Shown here one piece after another: positions 36,683-46,404 of a DNA stretch of 64,000 nt. The notes beneath the pieces are model-generated. The model did not search any database and had not been told where the DNA came from. It was given only the letters and a program-made list of their open reading frames with translations. The position numbers and the translations under genes are program-made. Each line of letters begins with the position of its first letter. Within the stretch, counting starts at the first letter, position 1. Source of the stretch: an uncultured bacterium (GTDB lineage: Bacteria; Hydrothermota; Hydrothermia; B15-G9; WFZT01); NCBI GenBank assembly GCA_964571845.1, contig CAZNDM010000062.1:18258-82257 (forward strand), written 5' to 3'.

Positions 36683-37145
36683 AAAATTAAGTAACAGCCT
36701 GCTCACCATACTCATTGTCGTTGCAGTGGATCAGGTCTCAAAGTATCTGGTTTACTCGAACCTCAAGCTCTATCAGTCAATTCCACTGATAGATGATATT
36801 TTGAGGATCACCTACATCCACAATCCAAATTCCGTTTTCGGTCTCAGTCTTGGATCCCGATTTCCGTATCCTCTCATGATCATTGTCCTCATCCTGATTG
36901 TGGGTGTTATCTGGTTCTTTGAGAGACGAGCAGAATTCTACTATCTCTACAGCGCAATTATCGGAGGAGCAATCGGGAATCTGATAGACAGGGTTAGATT
37001 CCACGAGGTGGTTGATTTTATTGACATAGGGATCTCAAAAAACCTGAGATGGCCCGTTTTTAACATAGCGGATGCTTCAATTTCAATTTCTGTTGTATTA
37101 ATATTAATCCTGAGTTTGAAAAAATCCGGATCGGAGGTAGATTAA
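36675..37145 (+). CDS. lspA: Lipoprotein signal peptidase (signal peptidase II)
   Basis: ILRITYIHNPNSVFGL, GGAIGNLIDRV and VFNIADASISISVVL carry the conserved Asn/Asp boxes, including the catalytic Asp of FNxAD. It is 156 aa with 4 TM helices. Confidence 0.85.
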   Translation: MSKKLSNSLLTILIVVAVDQVSKYLVYSNLKLYQSIPLIDDILRITYIHNPNSVFGLSLGSRFPYPLMIIVLILIVGVIWFFERRAEFYYLYSAIIGGAIGNLIDRVRFHEVVDFIDIGISKNLRWPVFNIADASISISVVLILILSLKKSGSEVD

Positions 37146-37148
37146 AAC

Positions 37149-38180
37149 ATGCTCAACGCCTTTTGGGTTACAACTTTATATTTTTTTCTGGGAGCGAACT
37201 CTGTTCTGCCGGTAACTTCGCTTTCAATTGCTGATTCTCTATACAATCCCGGTGTATTCAAAAACACGGAAAAATTCAGTTTAAATTTAATCATAGAACC
37301 TTCGTTTATCACTGAGATCGAAGACGAGTACGAATATGCATACGACCAGTTCAACTCGACTATTGGAAAGATAAATACATACAGCGGTCAGTTTTCCTAT
37401 GTGAAGCCGGTGAACATGCTACTTGGATGGACCTATAAAAACTTCAGCTTTGTAGCTGGATACGAACTTTACAAATCCTTTGAGAAGAGGGTGGATAGGG
37501 ATATCTACAATAGAGATAACATGAGGATTGTGCACGAACACTTTGTTTCAAAAGGGGGAATCAGTGGAATTTATGCAGGATTCGGAATAAAAAACCGTCG
37601 TATCGGGGTTGGCACCAGAATTGTTAGATATACTTACGACCTCTCACTGGACGATGATACAGACCTGAATAGTGAAAAAACTGGTATTGAGATCTTTTCA
37701 AATGTAAACATTACCAGGAGGATCAGAGTTTCAACATTTTTCAGCCCGGATGTGGACTTTTTCAAGGCTCATCCTTCGGAGCAGTACTTGAATTATCTAC
37801 AGGAAAACTTCCTCAACTACCACAGACTGCCAGACAGAAAGGGACTGGAAATCGTTTATCTTCCAGCAACGGACATTGTTACCATGACATCATTCACATT
37901 AATGAAAGAAGGGGAATCAAGATACATCCATCTGGATTTCAAGCACAACTTCCTTAATGTAAACGCCTTTGAATTTGGAGGAGGACTCTTCAGAGATAAA
38001 AACGACAGATGGGGCAGCTTTGTCAATTTCGGTCTTGGAATGTTGTATAAAAATCTTGGATTTGACACGCAGGTGAGGTACAGTTTCGTTGCCGACGAAG
38101 GCTCCAGTTTGTGTGAAAATCCATGTGAGAAAAATTTCTCTCTTGTAACCTTAAATCTGGTTTTGAGGTACAGGTTATGA
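37149..38180 (+). CDS. Putative outer-membrane beta-barrel protein (family unassigned)
   Basis: A signal peptide (…FFLGANSVLP) is followed by a Tyr/Asn/Asp/Gly-rich sequence with alternating hydrophobic strands. It lies 3 bp after lspA. Confidence 0.4.
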   Translation: MLNAFWVTTLYFFLGANSVLPVTSLSIADSLYNPGVFKNTEKFSLNLIIEPSFITEIEDEYEYAYDQFNSTIGKINTYSGQFSYVKPVNMLLGWTYKNFSFVAGYELYKSFEKRVDRDIYNRDNMRIVHEHFVSKGGISGIYAGFGIKNRRIGVGTRIVRYTYDLSLDDDTDLNSEKTGIEIFSNVNITRRIRVSTFFSPDVDFFKAHPSEQYLNYLQENFLNYHRLPDRKGLEIVYLPATDIVTMTSFTLMKEGESRYIHLDFKHNFLNVNAFEFGGGLFRDKNDRWGSFVNFGLGMLYKNLGFDTQVRYSFVADEGSSLCENPCEKNFSLVTLNLVLRYRL

Positions 38181-39058
38181 CCGCAATACTAATTTTTGTG
38201 GTCCTGGGGTTTTCTCAAAAATCGTTCAGCTATAATTACCTTCTGCTTCCATTTGGAAGTGATGGTGCGGTCTTTCGAACTGCACTCGTGTCGGACCCGA
38301 CATCCGATTTTTCAGTTTACTACAATCCGTCCTTCAAATTCCACTCAAAGCTGGCTACATTTGCCTCTTCCTATCTTGTGGGATCGAGCTACGGAGGTAT
38401 TCTGTTTTCTCCAGCAAAAGACATAACTGCTGGAGTGCTGTTCTTTTCCGACGGTGGACAGGACGAAGTGAACTATGAGGGAATAAAGATCGGGACATAC
38501 TCATCCACTTATCTCTCACTCTTTGCGAGCACACCATTACCCTACACACACAGGATAGGTGAAAGGGTATTAGTTTCTGGTGTTACCGGGAAACTGCTTT
38601 ATCAGTCCATTGCCGATAGAAAATCTCTTGCAGTTGCAATTGATGGCGGGATTTATCTTCCATTCAATTCGAGGGTAAAAATTGGTGCATCTGTGAGGAA
38701 CATCGGTATCGAAATCAAACATTTCTACGAAAAGAACTACTTTCCACCGCCTGTAATTTCCATAGGGGGTTTTGTCAAATTATCAGAAAAACTCGTGTTT
38801 CTCCTTGCCGGTGGTCTGGAGCTGAATTACGGCTTTATTTTCGACGCAGGAATCCGATTATCTCCTGTCAGGATGTTTCAAATTTCAGCAGGATACTCGC
38901 TCAAAGGACGGGAGCTGAATACAGGAGCAAATCTTGACATCTTGAATGGACTTGCAGGCGGATTTATTTTTAAGGTCAAAGATCTCAAAGTGAGTTATTC
39001 AATTATGCCCATGGGGGAACTTGGACTCACACATTATGTTGGCATAGTTTACAGATAA
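38177..39058 (+). CDS. Putative outer-membrane beta-barrel protein (family unassigned; possibly T9SS/envelope-associated)
   Basis: A signal peptide (MTAILIFVVLGFS) is followed by amphipathic beta-strands to the C-terminus (…GLTHYVGIVYR). It overlaps the previous gene by 4 bp. Confidence 0.4.
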   Translation: MTAILIFVVLGFSQKSFSYNYLLLPFGSDGAVFRTALVSDPTSDFSVYYNPSFKFHSKLATFASSYLVGSSYGGILFSPAKDITAGVLFFSDGGQDEVNYEGIKIGTYSSTYLSLFASTPLPYTHRIGERVLVSGVTGKLLYQSIADRKSLAVAIDGGIYLPFNSRVKIGASVRNIGIEIKHFYEKNYFPPPVISIGGFVKLSEKLVFLLAGGLELNYGFIFDAGIRLSPVRMFQISAGYSLKGRELNTGANLDILNGLAGGFIFKVKDLKVSYSIMPMGELGLTHYVGIVYR

Positions 39059-39059
39059 A

Positions 39060-39518
39060 ATGGTAGCAACAAAGACGCTGGTTGAAAACAGAAAGGCACG
39101 CAGAGATTACGAGATTCTTGAAACTTACGAAGCAGGAATAGCTCTCAAGGGGAGCGAAGTAAAGTCAGCAAGGTTAGGGAAAATCTCCATAAAAGACGCC
39201 TATGCCGAGGTCCGGGATGGTGAACTGTATCTCGTGGACATGCATATAGCACCCTATCCCCAGGCAGGGAGGTTTGGTCATCATCCTGAACGCCCGAGGA
39301 AACTCCTTCTTCACAAGTATGAGATAAAAAGGCTTATTGGCAAGGTCAAGGAAAAAGGACTCACACTCATTCCCCTACGAGTTTACCTTAAGGGCCACCT
39401 GATAAAGGTGGAGCTTGCTCTCGTAAGGGGTAAAAAACAGTATGAAAAAAGAGAGGCAATCAAAAAGAGAATCATTGAAAAAGAAATTGCTCGTGCTTTA
39501 AAGTATGACAAAAGATAA
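39060..39518 (+). CDS. smpB: SsrA-binding protein
   Basis: ...ENRKARRDYEILETYEAGIALKGSEVKS...GELYLVDMHIAPY...LLLHKYEIKRLIGKVKEKGLTLIPLRVYLK... is the canonical SmpB sequence. Confidence 0.9.
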   Translation: MVATKTLVENRKARRDYEILETYEAGIALKGSEVKSARLGKISIKDAYAEVRDGELYLVDMHIAPYPQAGRFGHHPERPRKLLLHKYEIKRLIGKVKEKGLTLIPLRVYLKGHLIKVELALVRGKKQYEKREAIKKRIIEKEIARALKYDKR

Positions 39519-39561
39519 ATCTTAACACATCAGGAGGGAAGTCCCTGAGGAGGAAGAAAAC

Positions 39562-41529
39562 ATGGTACCAGAATTCACATTGACCGAAGAAAAATTAGAT
39601 GAACAGAAAGAAGAAATTTTAAAAATCCTTGAAGAGAATAAGAAGAAGCTGGAGCAGCTTATCTCGATCCCGGATAAGACTTATGAAAATTTTGTAAAAC
39701 CCTACCAGCTTATGAATCACAGGCTACAGGTCCTATTCACACCTGTAGCCCTCCTGCACAGTGTAAAAAACTCTGAAAAAACAAACGAAGTTTTCTCACA
39801 TTTATTACCGCAGATAACCGGATACTTCACTTCCCTGCACCAGGATCCCCGACTTTATGAGGCATTCAAAGAGATCCTTGAAAAAGAAAATGGTACCCTG
39901 AACCAAGAACAGAAACGAGTCCTTGAGTTACTTGTCAAATCATTCCAGCTCGAGGGTGTCAAACTCCCGGACAGTGATCGGGACAGGGTAAAGACAATCA
40001 ACATCAAACTCTCTGAGCTGAGTAACAAATTTGCCCAGAATGTCTTGAATGCCATTAACAGCTATGAGTTGATCATCGAGGATCCTGAAGATGTTAAAGA
40101 ACTTCCTGAAATGGAAAAACAGAAGGCACTGGTGGAGAAAGATGGCAAAAAAGTTTACAGATTTACCCTCTTTCAACCGAGTTACATCGCCTATTTGACT
40201 TACGGCTCCAGCAGGGAAAAGAGAGAGGAGCTTTACAGAGCCTATGTTACCAAAGCACCAGAGAATGACGAAATAATAACAGAAATCCTGGCTCTGAGAA
40301 ACGAGAAGGCAAAACTTCTTGGTTTTGAAAACTTTGCTCAGCTTGCCCTTCAGATGAGAATGGCAGATTCACCAGAGGAAGTAATCTCTTTTCTCAAAAA
40401 ACTTGCAAGGGAGAGCAGAAACGCAGCTTTAAGGGAATACGAAGAACTGAATGAATTTGCCCACAAGAAAGGGCTCAACGATGATGTCCAGCCCTTTGAC
40501 TTTTACTACTATGCCGAGAAACTCAAGAAAGAGAAATTTGATGTTGATGATGAGATCTATAAACCCTATTTTGAGCTAAACAGTGTACTCAACGGTCTTT
40601 TCACTTTTTTAAACAAACTCTTTGGACTCGAATTTGAACCTGTAAAAGTACCGGTATGGCATCCATCTGTCAAAGTTTTCCACATTTACAGGAACAAAGA
40701 GTTTATCGGTAGAATTTACTATGATCTCGAGGCGAGAAAAGGGAAGAGAAGCGGCGCATGGATGGGCGACTGGGTGGTTCATCATACAAACGAGAAAGGC
40801 GAGACAGTACCACCTGTTGCATTCGTTGTGGCCAATTTCCCTGAAGCATCCGGGGACTCTCCATCCCTTCTGAGACCTTTTGATGTGAAGACACTGTTTC
40901 ACGAAATGGGACACGCACTCCAGCATCTACTGAGCAAGGTCAACGAGCCCAATGTCAGTGGAACCGGCGGCGTGGAATGGGACGCAGTGGAGTTCCCATC
41001 ACAATTCCTCGAAAACTTTGTTTACGAAAAGGAGGTCTTGAATCTCTTTGCAAGACACTATAAAACTGGCGAACCAATGCCGGACGAACTTCTTAGAAAA
41101 CTCAAAGATATCAAAAATTTCCTTTCGGGTTTACTCATGCTTCGCCAGCTCGAATTTGGACTTTTTGATATGCTTATTCACCTCGACAAATACACGGTAA
41201 ATGATGTCTATGACATCCTGTGGAATGTAAGAAGGGAAATTTCCGTCATAATGCCCCCCAAGTATGAAAGATTTTACAGGAGCTTCAACCACATTTTTGC
41301 TGGTGGCTATGCCGCAGGATACTACAGTTACAAATGGGCAGAGGTCCTCTCAGCAGACGCCTTTCTCCATTTTGTGGAAAATGGTATTTTCAACAAAGAG
41401 ATTGCAGAAAGATTTTACAATGAAGTCCTCACCAAAGGAGGAAGTCTACCTGCAAGACAGATATTTAGAAACTTTATGGGAAGAGATCCTGATCCCGAAT
41501 CACTCCTGCGTTTAAGCGGCATAAAGTAA
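39562..41529 (+). CDS. M3-family zinc oligoendopeptidase (oligopeptidase A / Dcp-like)
   Basis: The HEXXH zinc motif is present (LFHEMGHALQHLLS). Length and helical architecture fit the M3 family, with a downstream Glu region (...VEFPSQFLENF...). Confidence 0.85.
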   Translation: MVPEFTLTEEKLDEQKEEILKILEENKKKLEQLISIPDKTYENFVKPYQLMNHRLQVLFTPVALLHSVKNSEKTNEVFSHLLPQITGYFTSLHQDPRLYEAFKEILEKENGTLNQEQKRVLELLVKSFQLEGVKLPDSDRDRVKTINIKLSELSNKFAQNVLNAINSYELIIEDPEDVKELPEMEKQKALVEKDGKKVYRFTLFQPSYIAYLTYGSSREKREELYRAYVTKAPENDEIITEILALRNEKAKLLGFENFAQLALQMRMADSPEEVISFLKKLARESRNAALREYEELNEFAHKKGLNDDVQPFDFYYYAEKLKKEKFDVDDEIYKPYFELNSVLNGLFTFLNKLFGLEFEPVKVPVWHPSVKVFHIYRNKEFIGRIYYDLEARKGKRSGAWMGDWVVHHTNEKGETVPPVAFVVANFPEASGDSPSLLRPFDVKTLFHEMGHALQHLLSKVNEPNVSGTGGVEWDAVEFPSQFLENFVYEKEVLNLFARHYKTGEPMPDELLRKLKDIKNFLSGLLMLRQLEFGLFDMLIHLDKYTVNDVYDILWNVRREISVIMPPKYERFYRSFNHIFAGGYAAGYYSYKWAEVLSADAFLHFVENGIFNKEIAERFYNEVLTKGGSLPARQIFRNFMGRDPDPESLLRLSGIK

Positions 41530-41797
41530 AGGGCACGGTTCAAAAATTTAAGAAGGTGGTACACGAAAAATTCATGTCCACACCTGCGGGTGTTGGAATA
41601 ATTTTTTACATTGTAGAAAGATTCTCTTTCTGCTTGCAAGAAGATCCATCTATTCCCCAACTTTCAATTCATGAGAGAAAATCGAGGGAAGTTATCTTCT
41701 CCACAGTGTTAACGCACTGTGGAGAGAGAGTCGAAAAATACATTCCTTCTATTTCCGAAGCTTTTTCGAATAACCCTATGAACTCCTCTGGATGTTT

Positions 41798-42270
41798 GAA
41801 AAATATTTTACCAGTAGTTGCTTTCTCGTCACTTTGTGGAAAAACTCCTTTTTCTCCCTTATTTTTGCGAGGGGATCCACCCACAACCTCCCCCCATTTG
41901 TGAAAATCCACCTACAACCTTCCCTCCCATTTGTGAGATTTCACCTACAACCTCCCGCTCTGCGGGGGTACCCACAACTCCCCTCCCGCCTTGCGGGAGG
42001 GGATTAAGGGGAGGGCAAAAGGACCACTAACTTCTCTTCCAGCCAATCCTCCCCTACAAAGTGGGAAATAAGATTGAAGAGGATCCTCCGCCCACTTATC
42101 GAAGGCTCAAGAAATCTCGCAACAGTTCCGGAGGAGATTGGTAAGTGTTCCCTACTCAGTGCTGACTTACCCCGGGTAAGTATCCTTTCCCAGAGTACCA
42201 AATGCTCAGGAGTGAGTTAAAAAGTCATATCCCCTTTTATACCCTAAAGGAATTTTTTCGAACACCCTCT
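41798..42270 (+). repeat. Copy B of the composite intergenic repeat family, forward orientation
   Basis: The 5' arm GAAAAATATTTTACCAGTAG...CTTTGTGGAAAAACTCCTTTTTCTCCCTTATTTTTGCG is shared with the other copies. The internal array is four ~31-bp units CCACCYACAAC(C)TYCCC... at 41887-42013. The conserved 3' arm runs through ...AGTTAAAAAGTCATATCCCCTTTTATACCCTAAAGGAATTTTTTCGAACACC. Confidence 0.6.
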
Positions 42271-42279
42271 ATGTACTTC

Positions 42280-42308
42280 TTGACCTCACTCTGTCATGAA
42301 TGTATAAT
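42280..42308 (+). promoter_or_regulatory. Candidate sigma-70-type promoter for argC-argB-argG, immediately 3' of repeat copy B
   Basis: TTGACC, a 17-nt spacer and TATAAT (ttgacctcactctgtcatgaatgtataat) lie about 190 nt upstream of the argC ATG. Confidence 0.35.
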
Positions 42309-42497
42309 TATTCACCGAAAATGAAAGAATATAATTTCAACAAGCCTCATAAAAGCCTGAACTTCCCTTCGGGCATTACTGTTAGATTCCCTTATAGAAG
42401 ACCTTTCTAAGCCCGGGGTGTCTTCTTCACCCTGGAGGAGATGTAGAATGATGGCGTGGTATATTTTTACAAAATTTTTAAAATCGGAGGAAAAAGG

Positions 42498-43490
42498 ATG
42501 GTGAAGGTTGGTATCGTTGGCGGATCAGGTTTCACAGGTTACGAACTCTTAAGGCTCTTAAATTCTCACTACTCCGTTGAAATAATCTTTGTCACCTCGG
42601 ATGAACATGCTGGAAAACCCGTGAATTCTGTCTTCCCATCCGTTAACTCCACAAAGCTGAGCTACATCCCACATGAAAGGTCATTTGAATTTAAAGATGT
42701 GGACCTTGTTTTTACGGCACTTCCACACGGCAAATCCGGAACCTTTGTACAGAAGTTTTTTGACCTCGGCGTGCGCGTCATCGACCTTGCCGGTGACTCA
42801 AGGTTTTCCGATCCAGACATATTTAAAAAATGGTATCACATGGATCATCCCTCTCCTCAATACCTCAGCAACATTGTTTATGGAATACCAGAAATTTTCA
42901 AAGACAAAATAAAATCGGCACCTATTGTGGCCAATCCGGGATGTTATCCAACGAGTGTCATCATACCCTTATACCCGGTCCGCGAACTGATTGATGATGT
43001 TATTGTGGATGCAAAATCCGGCGTTTCAGGCGCAGGCAAAACCTGCACGGAAAAAACACACTTTGTCAATGTAAACGAAAACTTTTTTGAATATTCGGTG
43101 GGGAAATCCCACAGACACATAGGCGAAATGGAGGTATATTTAGGTAAAAATGTTACCTTCTCCGCAGGTCTCCTCCCCATCACCAGGGGAATTCTGTCCA
43201 CCATTTATGTTAAAAAACGTACCCCCACGGATTTTTACGAAAAGATCTCCAACTATTACAAAGACTCCCCATTTGTCAGGATTTACAGGGAGAAAACAAT
43301 CTCCATCAAATCCGCTATCTACTCAAACAATATTCTCATTTCAATTTTCGAAAATGACAAAAATGCGATAATCATTTCTGTTATTGACAACCTTATAAAA
43401 GGAGCAGCCGGACAGGCTATCCAGAACATGAACATCATGTTTGGTATTGATGAATGTAAAGGGCTCCCCAATGGAGGTATTGAGCTATGA
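42498..43490 (+). CDS. argC: N-acetyl-gamma-glutamyl-phosphate reductase
   Basis: The sequence carries MVKVGIVGGSGFTGYELLRLL and the catalytic Cys region (ANPGCYPTSVI). It is preceded by a GGAGGAAAAAGG RBS. Confidence 0.9.
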   Translation: MVKVGIVGGSGFTGYELLRLLNSHYSVEIIFVTSDEHAGKPVNSVFPSVNSTKLSYIPHERSFEFKDVDLVFTALPHGKSGTFVQKFFDLGVRVIDLAGDSRFSDPDIFKKWYHMDHPSPQYLSNIVYGIPEIFKDKIKSAPIVANPGCYPTSVIIPLYPVRELIDDVIVDAKSGVSGAGKTCTEKTHFVNVNENFFEYSVGKSHRHIGEMEVYLGKNVTFSAGLLPITRGILSTIYVKKRTPTDFYEKISNYYKDSPFVRIYREKTISIKSAIYSNNILISIFENDKNAIIISVIDNLIKGAAGQAIQNMNIMFGIDECKGLPNGGIEL

Positions 43491-44272
43491 AAATTTTAAT
43501 TAAAGTGTCAGGAAAAATGACAAAAAAGGCAAATTTCCTCCCTATAGCGGAGGAGATCGCAGAATTGAAAGATAACGGGCACCAGGTCATCGTCGTCCAC
43601 GGAGGCGGAAACGAAATATCAGAGATGCTCGACAAACTGGGAATAGAAACGAAGTTTGTCAACGGATTACGCGTTACCACACAGGAAGTCCTCAAAGTCG
43701 TGGAAATGGTCCTTTGCGGTGTGGTCAATAAACGACTGGTAAGCGCCATGCAGGAGGCTGGTGTTCCTTCCATAGGTATCTCCGGCAAAGATGGAAACTT
43801 CATCGAGGCAGAGATGTATGATCCTGCACTCGGATATGTTGGAAAGATAAAGCGGGTGAACACTCACATTGTTGAAAACATCCTCAGCACCGGCTATGTC
43901 CCAGTCATCGCACCTGTCGGAACTGACAGACACGGGAACTCTTTGAATATCAACGCCGATACTGTTGCCTCGTCAGTTGCCGGCGCCCTCGGTGTTGACC
44001 ACCTTTTCCTCATCACAGATGTCCCGGGAATTATTGACAATGAAGGTAACATCATTAGCGTGATCACACTCGATGAAATTGATAAACTTGCATCAGCAGA
44101 CTTTATAAAAGGTGGAATGATCCCAAAACTAAAGGCAGCCCGTGATTCGCTGATCCAGGGGACGGAGTTCGTCCACATCATTAACTGGACAGGAAAAGGC
44201 TCTATAAAAGACCAATTAATTAACATGGCAAAAGGAACCACATTAAGGAGGAGTTACTCATGGGTGATGTAG
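43487..44272 (+). CDS. argB: Acetylglutamate kinase
   Basis: MKILIKVSGK...VVHGGGNEI..., GISGKDG and a C-terminal amino-acid-kinase fold are present. It overlaps the argC stop by 4 bp. Confidence 0.9.
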   Translation: MKILIKVSGKMTKKANFLPIAEEIAELKDNGHQVIVVHGGGNEISEMLDKLGIETKFVNGLRVTTQEVLKVVEMVLCGVVNKRLVSAMQEAGVPSIGISGKDGNFIEAEMYDPALGYVGKIKRVNTHIVENILSTGYVPVIAPVGTDRHGNSLNINADTVASSVAGALGVDHLFLITDVPGIIDNEGNIISVITLDEIDKLASADFIKGGMIPKLKAARDSLIQGTEFVHIINWTGKGSIKDQLINMAKGTTLRRSYSWVM

Positions 44273-45438
44273 TGCTCGCGTACTCAGGTGGACTCGACAC
44301 TTCCACCGCAATAAAGTGGATAGAAGAAAAGTATGGACTCGGAGTCATTGCTGTAACAATAGATGTAGGACAGGGCGAGGATCTTGAGGAGATCAAAGAA
44401 AAAGCCCTCAAAATCGGCGCCAAAAAGGTCTATGTATTTGATAAAAAAGAGGAATTTGTAAACGAATATGTCATGCCCGCATTAAAAGCCAATGCACTTT
44501 ACGAGGGCGTATATCCTCTTATTAGCTCACTTTCAAGACCTTTGATAGCAAAAACCATCGTGGAAGTGGCGCGAAAAGAGGGAGCTGTGGCAGTTGCACA
44601 CGGATGCACAGGCAAAGGCAATGACCAGGTGAGATTCGATGTATCTTTCAATATCCTCGCTCCAGATCTCAAGGTTATTGCTCCAATCAGAGAATGGGGT
44701 TTCTCCAGAGACGAGTTAATTGACTACGCCCGGGAAAAGGGGGTTCCGGTACCTGTTACAAAAAAGAGCCCTTATTCGATTGACTTCAATGTCTGGGGTA
44801 GATCCATCGAGGCAGGAGTGCTTGAAGACCCTTACACAGAACCACCGGAAGACGCGTTTGTCATGACAGTATCTCCGCAGAATGCACCGGACAAACCCAC
44901 TTATGTTGAAGTTGAATTTGAAAAAGGCATCCCCGTTGCCGTCGATGGCAAAAGGATGTCAGCACTTGAAATTATCCAGCTCCTGAACAGAATAGGAGGG
45001 GAAAATGGATTTGGCAGGATTGATCACATTGAGAGCAGACTTGTGGGGATTAAGTCTCGTGAGGTTTACGAGGCACCTGGTGCCTTGAGCCTGATAGAGG
45101 CTCACAAAGCCCTTGAGTTCCTGACACTGCCAAAAGATTTGATTTTCATAAAACAAAATCTGTCCAATTATTACGCAAGACTGATTTATTTTGGTCAGTG
45201 GTTTTCTCCAATGAAAGAAGCAATCGACGCATTTATGGAGAAAACACAGGAGCATGTAACGGGTACAGTAAGGCTGAAATTCTACAAGGGAAGTATGCAG
45301 GTTGTTGGTAGAAAGTCACCCAAATCGATATACAGGGAAGAGCTTGCGACATACAGTGAGGGGGACAAATTTGATCACAGGGCATCAGAAGGGTTTATCA
45401 AGATTTACGGACTTGACCTAGTGCTTTACGAAAATTAG
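44260..45438 (+). CDS. argG: Argininosuccinate synthase
   Basis: VVLAYSGGLDTSTAIKWIEEKYG is the PP-loop ATPase signature, and the C-terminal synthetase domain is conserved. Confidence 0.9.
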   Translation: MGDVVLAYSGGLDTSTAIKWIEEKYGLGVIAVTIDVGQGEDLEEIKEKALKIGAKKVYVFDKKEEFVNEYVMPALKANALYEGVYPLISSLSRPLIAKTIVEVARKEGAVAVAHGCTGKGNDQVRFDVSFNILAPDLKVIAPIREWGFSRDELIDYAREKGVPVPVTKKSPYSIDFNVWGRSIEAGVLEDPYTEPPEDAFVMTVSPQNAPDKPTYVEVEFEKGIPVAVDGKRMSALEIIQLLNRIGGENGFGRIDHIESRLVGIKSREVYEAPGALSLIEAHKALEFLTLPKDLIFIKQNLSNYYARLIYFGQWFSPMKEAIDAFMEKTQEHVTGTVRLKFYKGSMQVVGRKSPKSIYREELATYSEGDKFDHRASEGFIKIYGLDLVLYEN

Positions 45439-45454
45439 CACTGCCTCCTTCAAG

Positions 45455-45493
45455 GTGGGGGCGAGGCGCGCTTTTAGCGCGCCTCGCCCCCAC
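45455..45493. terminator. GC-rich palindrome hairpin (18-bp stem, TTT loop) between convergent argG and pilin genes
   Basis: GTGGGGGCGAGGCGCGCT-TTT-AGCGCGCCTCGCCCCCAC lies 17 bp after the argG stop and 15 bp after the pilin-gene stop. Confidence 0.6.
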
Positions 45494-45507
45494 ATCACAC
45501 ATCCCAC

Positions 45508-46068
45508 TTAAAAATGGATCTTCCCTGCACCCGGCGGATATGAAATTATCTCACTTTTCTCATCCGTCGTGTAAAATGTTATAAATATCCCATCACCATC
45601 GAGATCGCCGGTAGCGTAGATAGTAATGTCTGAAATTCCGTCAATTGGCTGAGGGGTGGGACCCCTGAAATTTCCCTGATCATCCAGAACTGTTGACACA
45701 TTGTATCCAACACCACCGTGTATTCCCCCGACATTTCCCTCCCTCACTGCATAGGAAAAATACACATCACCCGCTGGTTTAAAGCCGAGAAGACCAAATC
45801 CCTCATTGTCCGGAACAACTGGCCACTTTCTTTTACGGGGAGTCGGCTTTGAGGCTGGAGTTGAAGCACAGACAACATAGATGTCGTACTCTGCCACAAA
45901 GCTCTCCTCAAGATTTCTGATGGCACCGAGATTTGTGTATGCCTCCGTGATCTTGGCTTTAATCTGGAATTTTTTGTACTGGTTAACCGAGATTACAACC
46001 AGCACTGAGATGATCAAAATCCCCACAAGAACCTCAATAATTGTGAATCCAGAATCTAATTTTTTCAT
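45508..46068 (-). CDS. Type IV pilin / pseudopilin (prepilin-type N-terminal methylation domain)
   Basis: MKKLDSGFTIIEVLVGILIISVLVVISV is a class III signal with G-F-T-x-x-E cleavage/methylation motif. The C-terminal domain is variable. Met4 of the tracked ORF is used as the start. Confidence 0.7.
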   Translation of the reverse strand: MKKLDSGFTIIEVLVGILIISVLVVISVNQYKKFQIKAKITEAYTNLGAIRNLEESFVAEYDIYVVCASTPASKPTPRKRKWPVVPDNEGFGLLGFKPAGDVYFSYAVREGNVGGIHGGVGYNVSTVLDDQGNFRGPTPQPIDGISDITIYATGDLDGDGIFITFYTTDEKSEIISYPPGAGKIHF

Positions 46069-46404
46069 TCCTATCAATTATAGCCATCTGGTTTCATTAA
46101 AGCAAGACTATAGATTTACATTTAAGACGCCCAAATCAGTCGTATTTAAAGGTAATCCTGAAATTGTCATCCCTTAATCTTTTAGCATAGAAAATAATTC
46201 AAAACCTGAAATTTGTTTGTATAGTGAAAATTTTCAAAAGTCGTGTTTATAGGTTAACTTACAGGCTAAATCCATCTCGTGGACTTTTTATTTTCCCTGT
46301 GATTTTTTGAGAACAAGGTTGGCGAGAATTTCGGATTCAGGTAGATTAAAAGCCTGTTTTTTGTTGATTTATGGAGGTTTTTGAACTATAATTTAAACCT
46401 CGTG

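Noticed and set aside
46080-46404. AT-rich 325-bp region upstream of recF examined for DnaA boxes or an origin
   Set aside because: No clear cluster of TTATNCACA boxes was found by eye. dnaA and dnaN are not adjacent, so an oriC assignment cannot be supported from this window.
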